Assembly: GCA_963828735.1 (NCBI GenBank) | Contig: CAWHFW010000002.1 | Coordinates: 96,001 to 160,000, forward strand | DNA from: an uncultured Gemmatimonadales bacterium | Lineage (GTDB): Bacteria > Gemmatimonadota > Gemmatimonadetes > Gemmatimonadales > GWC2-71-9 | DNA: 64,000 nucleotides | Direction of reading: 5' to 3' | In this document: positions 63,040 to 64,000 of the stretch, piece after piece | Numbering within the stretch: position 1 is the first letter of the stretch | Layout of the letters: each line of letters starts with the position of its first letter | The notes under the pieces: model-generated | What the model was told of the DNA's origin: nothing | Database searches by the model: none | The model's input: the letters and a program-made list of their open reading frames with translations, nothing else | Program-made: the position numbers and the translations under genes

Positions 63040-63800
63040 ACGGACACCACCCAGGGACGACGCTGCCAGAAGTCGAGCGCCGGAAGCTCGGCCCCCTCGC
63101 CGAGGTGGTAGCGCACGTAGCGGGCAAGGAGCCGGCGGTGGGCGGTACCGTGCCGCTCGTCGAGACGCGGGAGGGCGGCGTCGGGATTCAGCAGCGCCAC
63201 GAGGTCCGCCCGGGCGTCGGCCGGGAGCCGCGTGGCCCCCTGCTCCGCGGCGCACGCGGCACACAGGGCGCCACCCTCGCTGGTGCTGAACGGGAGTCCG
63301 CCATCCTCGGGCAACGCACCGCCGTCGCGCGCGCACGCATCGAGCGATGGCGCGAAGCCCAGCACGCTCACCAGGTGCCACAGCAGGCGGTAGCCCAGCG
63401 CCTCTACGTCTGCGCCCGCCGCGTCCTCCAAGGCGCCCAGCGCGTCGCGGAAAACGTCGTAGCTCTGGGGGTGGGGATCGGGCGGGGCGAAGCGCACCAT
63501 GACCTCCGCGAGAGCGGAGGCGGTCGCGTAGCGCGAAACGTCGGCCGCCAGCGCCAGGTGCAGGTGCTGCAGGTCGAACGCGGTGAGCACGTGCAGCTCC
63601 CGGTGCTCCTTGGCCAGGTACTGTGCCTGGCCCTCGCTCAGCAGCTGAAGCGCGGCGCCGTAGCGACTCTTCGGCCGCAAGGCTCCCTTCGCGATCGCGC
63701 TCTGCACGCCGTGGTCGCGCGTGGCGAGCCGAACGATCTTCGAGGTTTCACTGTAGCGGAGCGCGGACAGGACGATCGCCGGCGTGGTCACCAGAGGCAT
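63036..63800 (-). CDS. recO: DNA repair protein RecO
   Basis: AIVL..YSETSKIV, AKGALRPKSRYGAAL, LGFAPSLDAC..CAAC. Confidence 0.92.
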   Translation of the reverse strand: MPLVTTPAIVLSALRYSETSKIVRLATRDHGVQSAIAKGALRPKSRYGAALQLLSEGQAQYLAKEHRELHVLTAFDLQHLHLALAADVSRYATASALAEVMVRFAPPDPHPQSYDVFRDALGALEDAAGADVEALGYRLLWHLVSVLGFAPSLDACARDGGALPEDGGLPFSTSEGGALCAACAAEQGATRLPADARADLVALLNPDAALPRLDERHGTAHRRLLARYVRYHLGEGAELPALDFWQRRPWVVSV

Positions 63801-63872
63801 GGCGAAATATACGGCCGGCCGGTGGGAGGACGGACGATTGCGCCACCCGTTCGTCCTCCCGCCGCCCTCCGC

Positions 63873-64000
63873 TCACTCGGGCGGGATCTGCGTCACCGCC
63901 GCGCCCGAGGGGCATTCGCCGAGGGTGATGGTCCGAATTTCGGTCAGCGAGGCGTCGAACACATGCGCGATTCCCGGTGCGCCACCCGAGCATGGCCCGC
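63873..64000 (-). CDS. 3' end of an upstream gene, truncated by window edge
   Basis: ...GPCSGGAPGIAHVFDASLTEIRTITLGECPSGAAVTQIPPE*. Confidence 0.4.
   Translation of the reverse strand, partial: GPCSGGAPGIAHVFDASLTEIRTITLGECPSGAAVTQIPPE

Overview
A GC-rich 64-kb bacterial chromosomal segment, mostly minus-strand housekeeping operons. The gene set and the kinase-TolB-TPR protein style suggest Gemmatimonadota (inference). It contains manC/GlmU-like/MBL genes, groES-groEL with a CIRCE box, bshA-uppP-birA-coaX-UbiA, MoxR-DUF58-Bat genes followed by mutL-miaA, an M50 protease-scpA-scpB-rluB block, rpsT, pyrR-pyrB-pyrC, two tRNA-Ser genes, an amine/omega-amino-acid catabolic operon, GSIII, cysK, tadA, clpB, selB and recO. 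Eight genes carry small indels that look like sequencing errors. The most notable features are integrase-less integrated islets. (1) A ~1.8-kb element is inserted in the first codons of bshA: a 14-bp duplication ATGAAGATCGGGAT, one copy still overlapping the miaA stop, with GGTGCA arm-like repeats at both ends and receiver-domain cargo. (2) Two islets sit in tandem behind tRNA-Ser(CGA), delimited by tRNA 3'-half copies, one with a compensatory base-pair change; they carry a Ser/Thr kinase and a Spy-like protein. Also seen are a secreted PHM/DBH-like copper-monooxygenase candidate, a beta-barrel-NlpC/P60 fusion and an orphan thiolase remnant. All calls come from reading motifs by eye; no searches were run.
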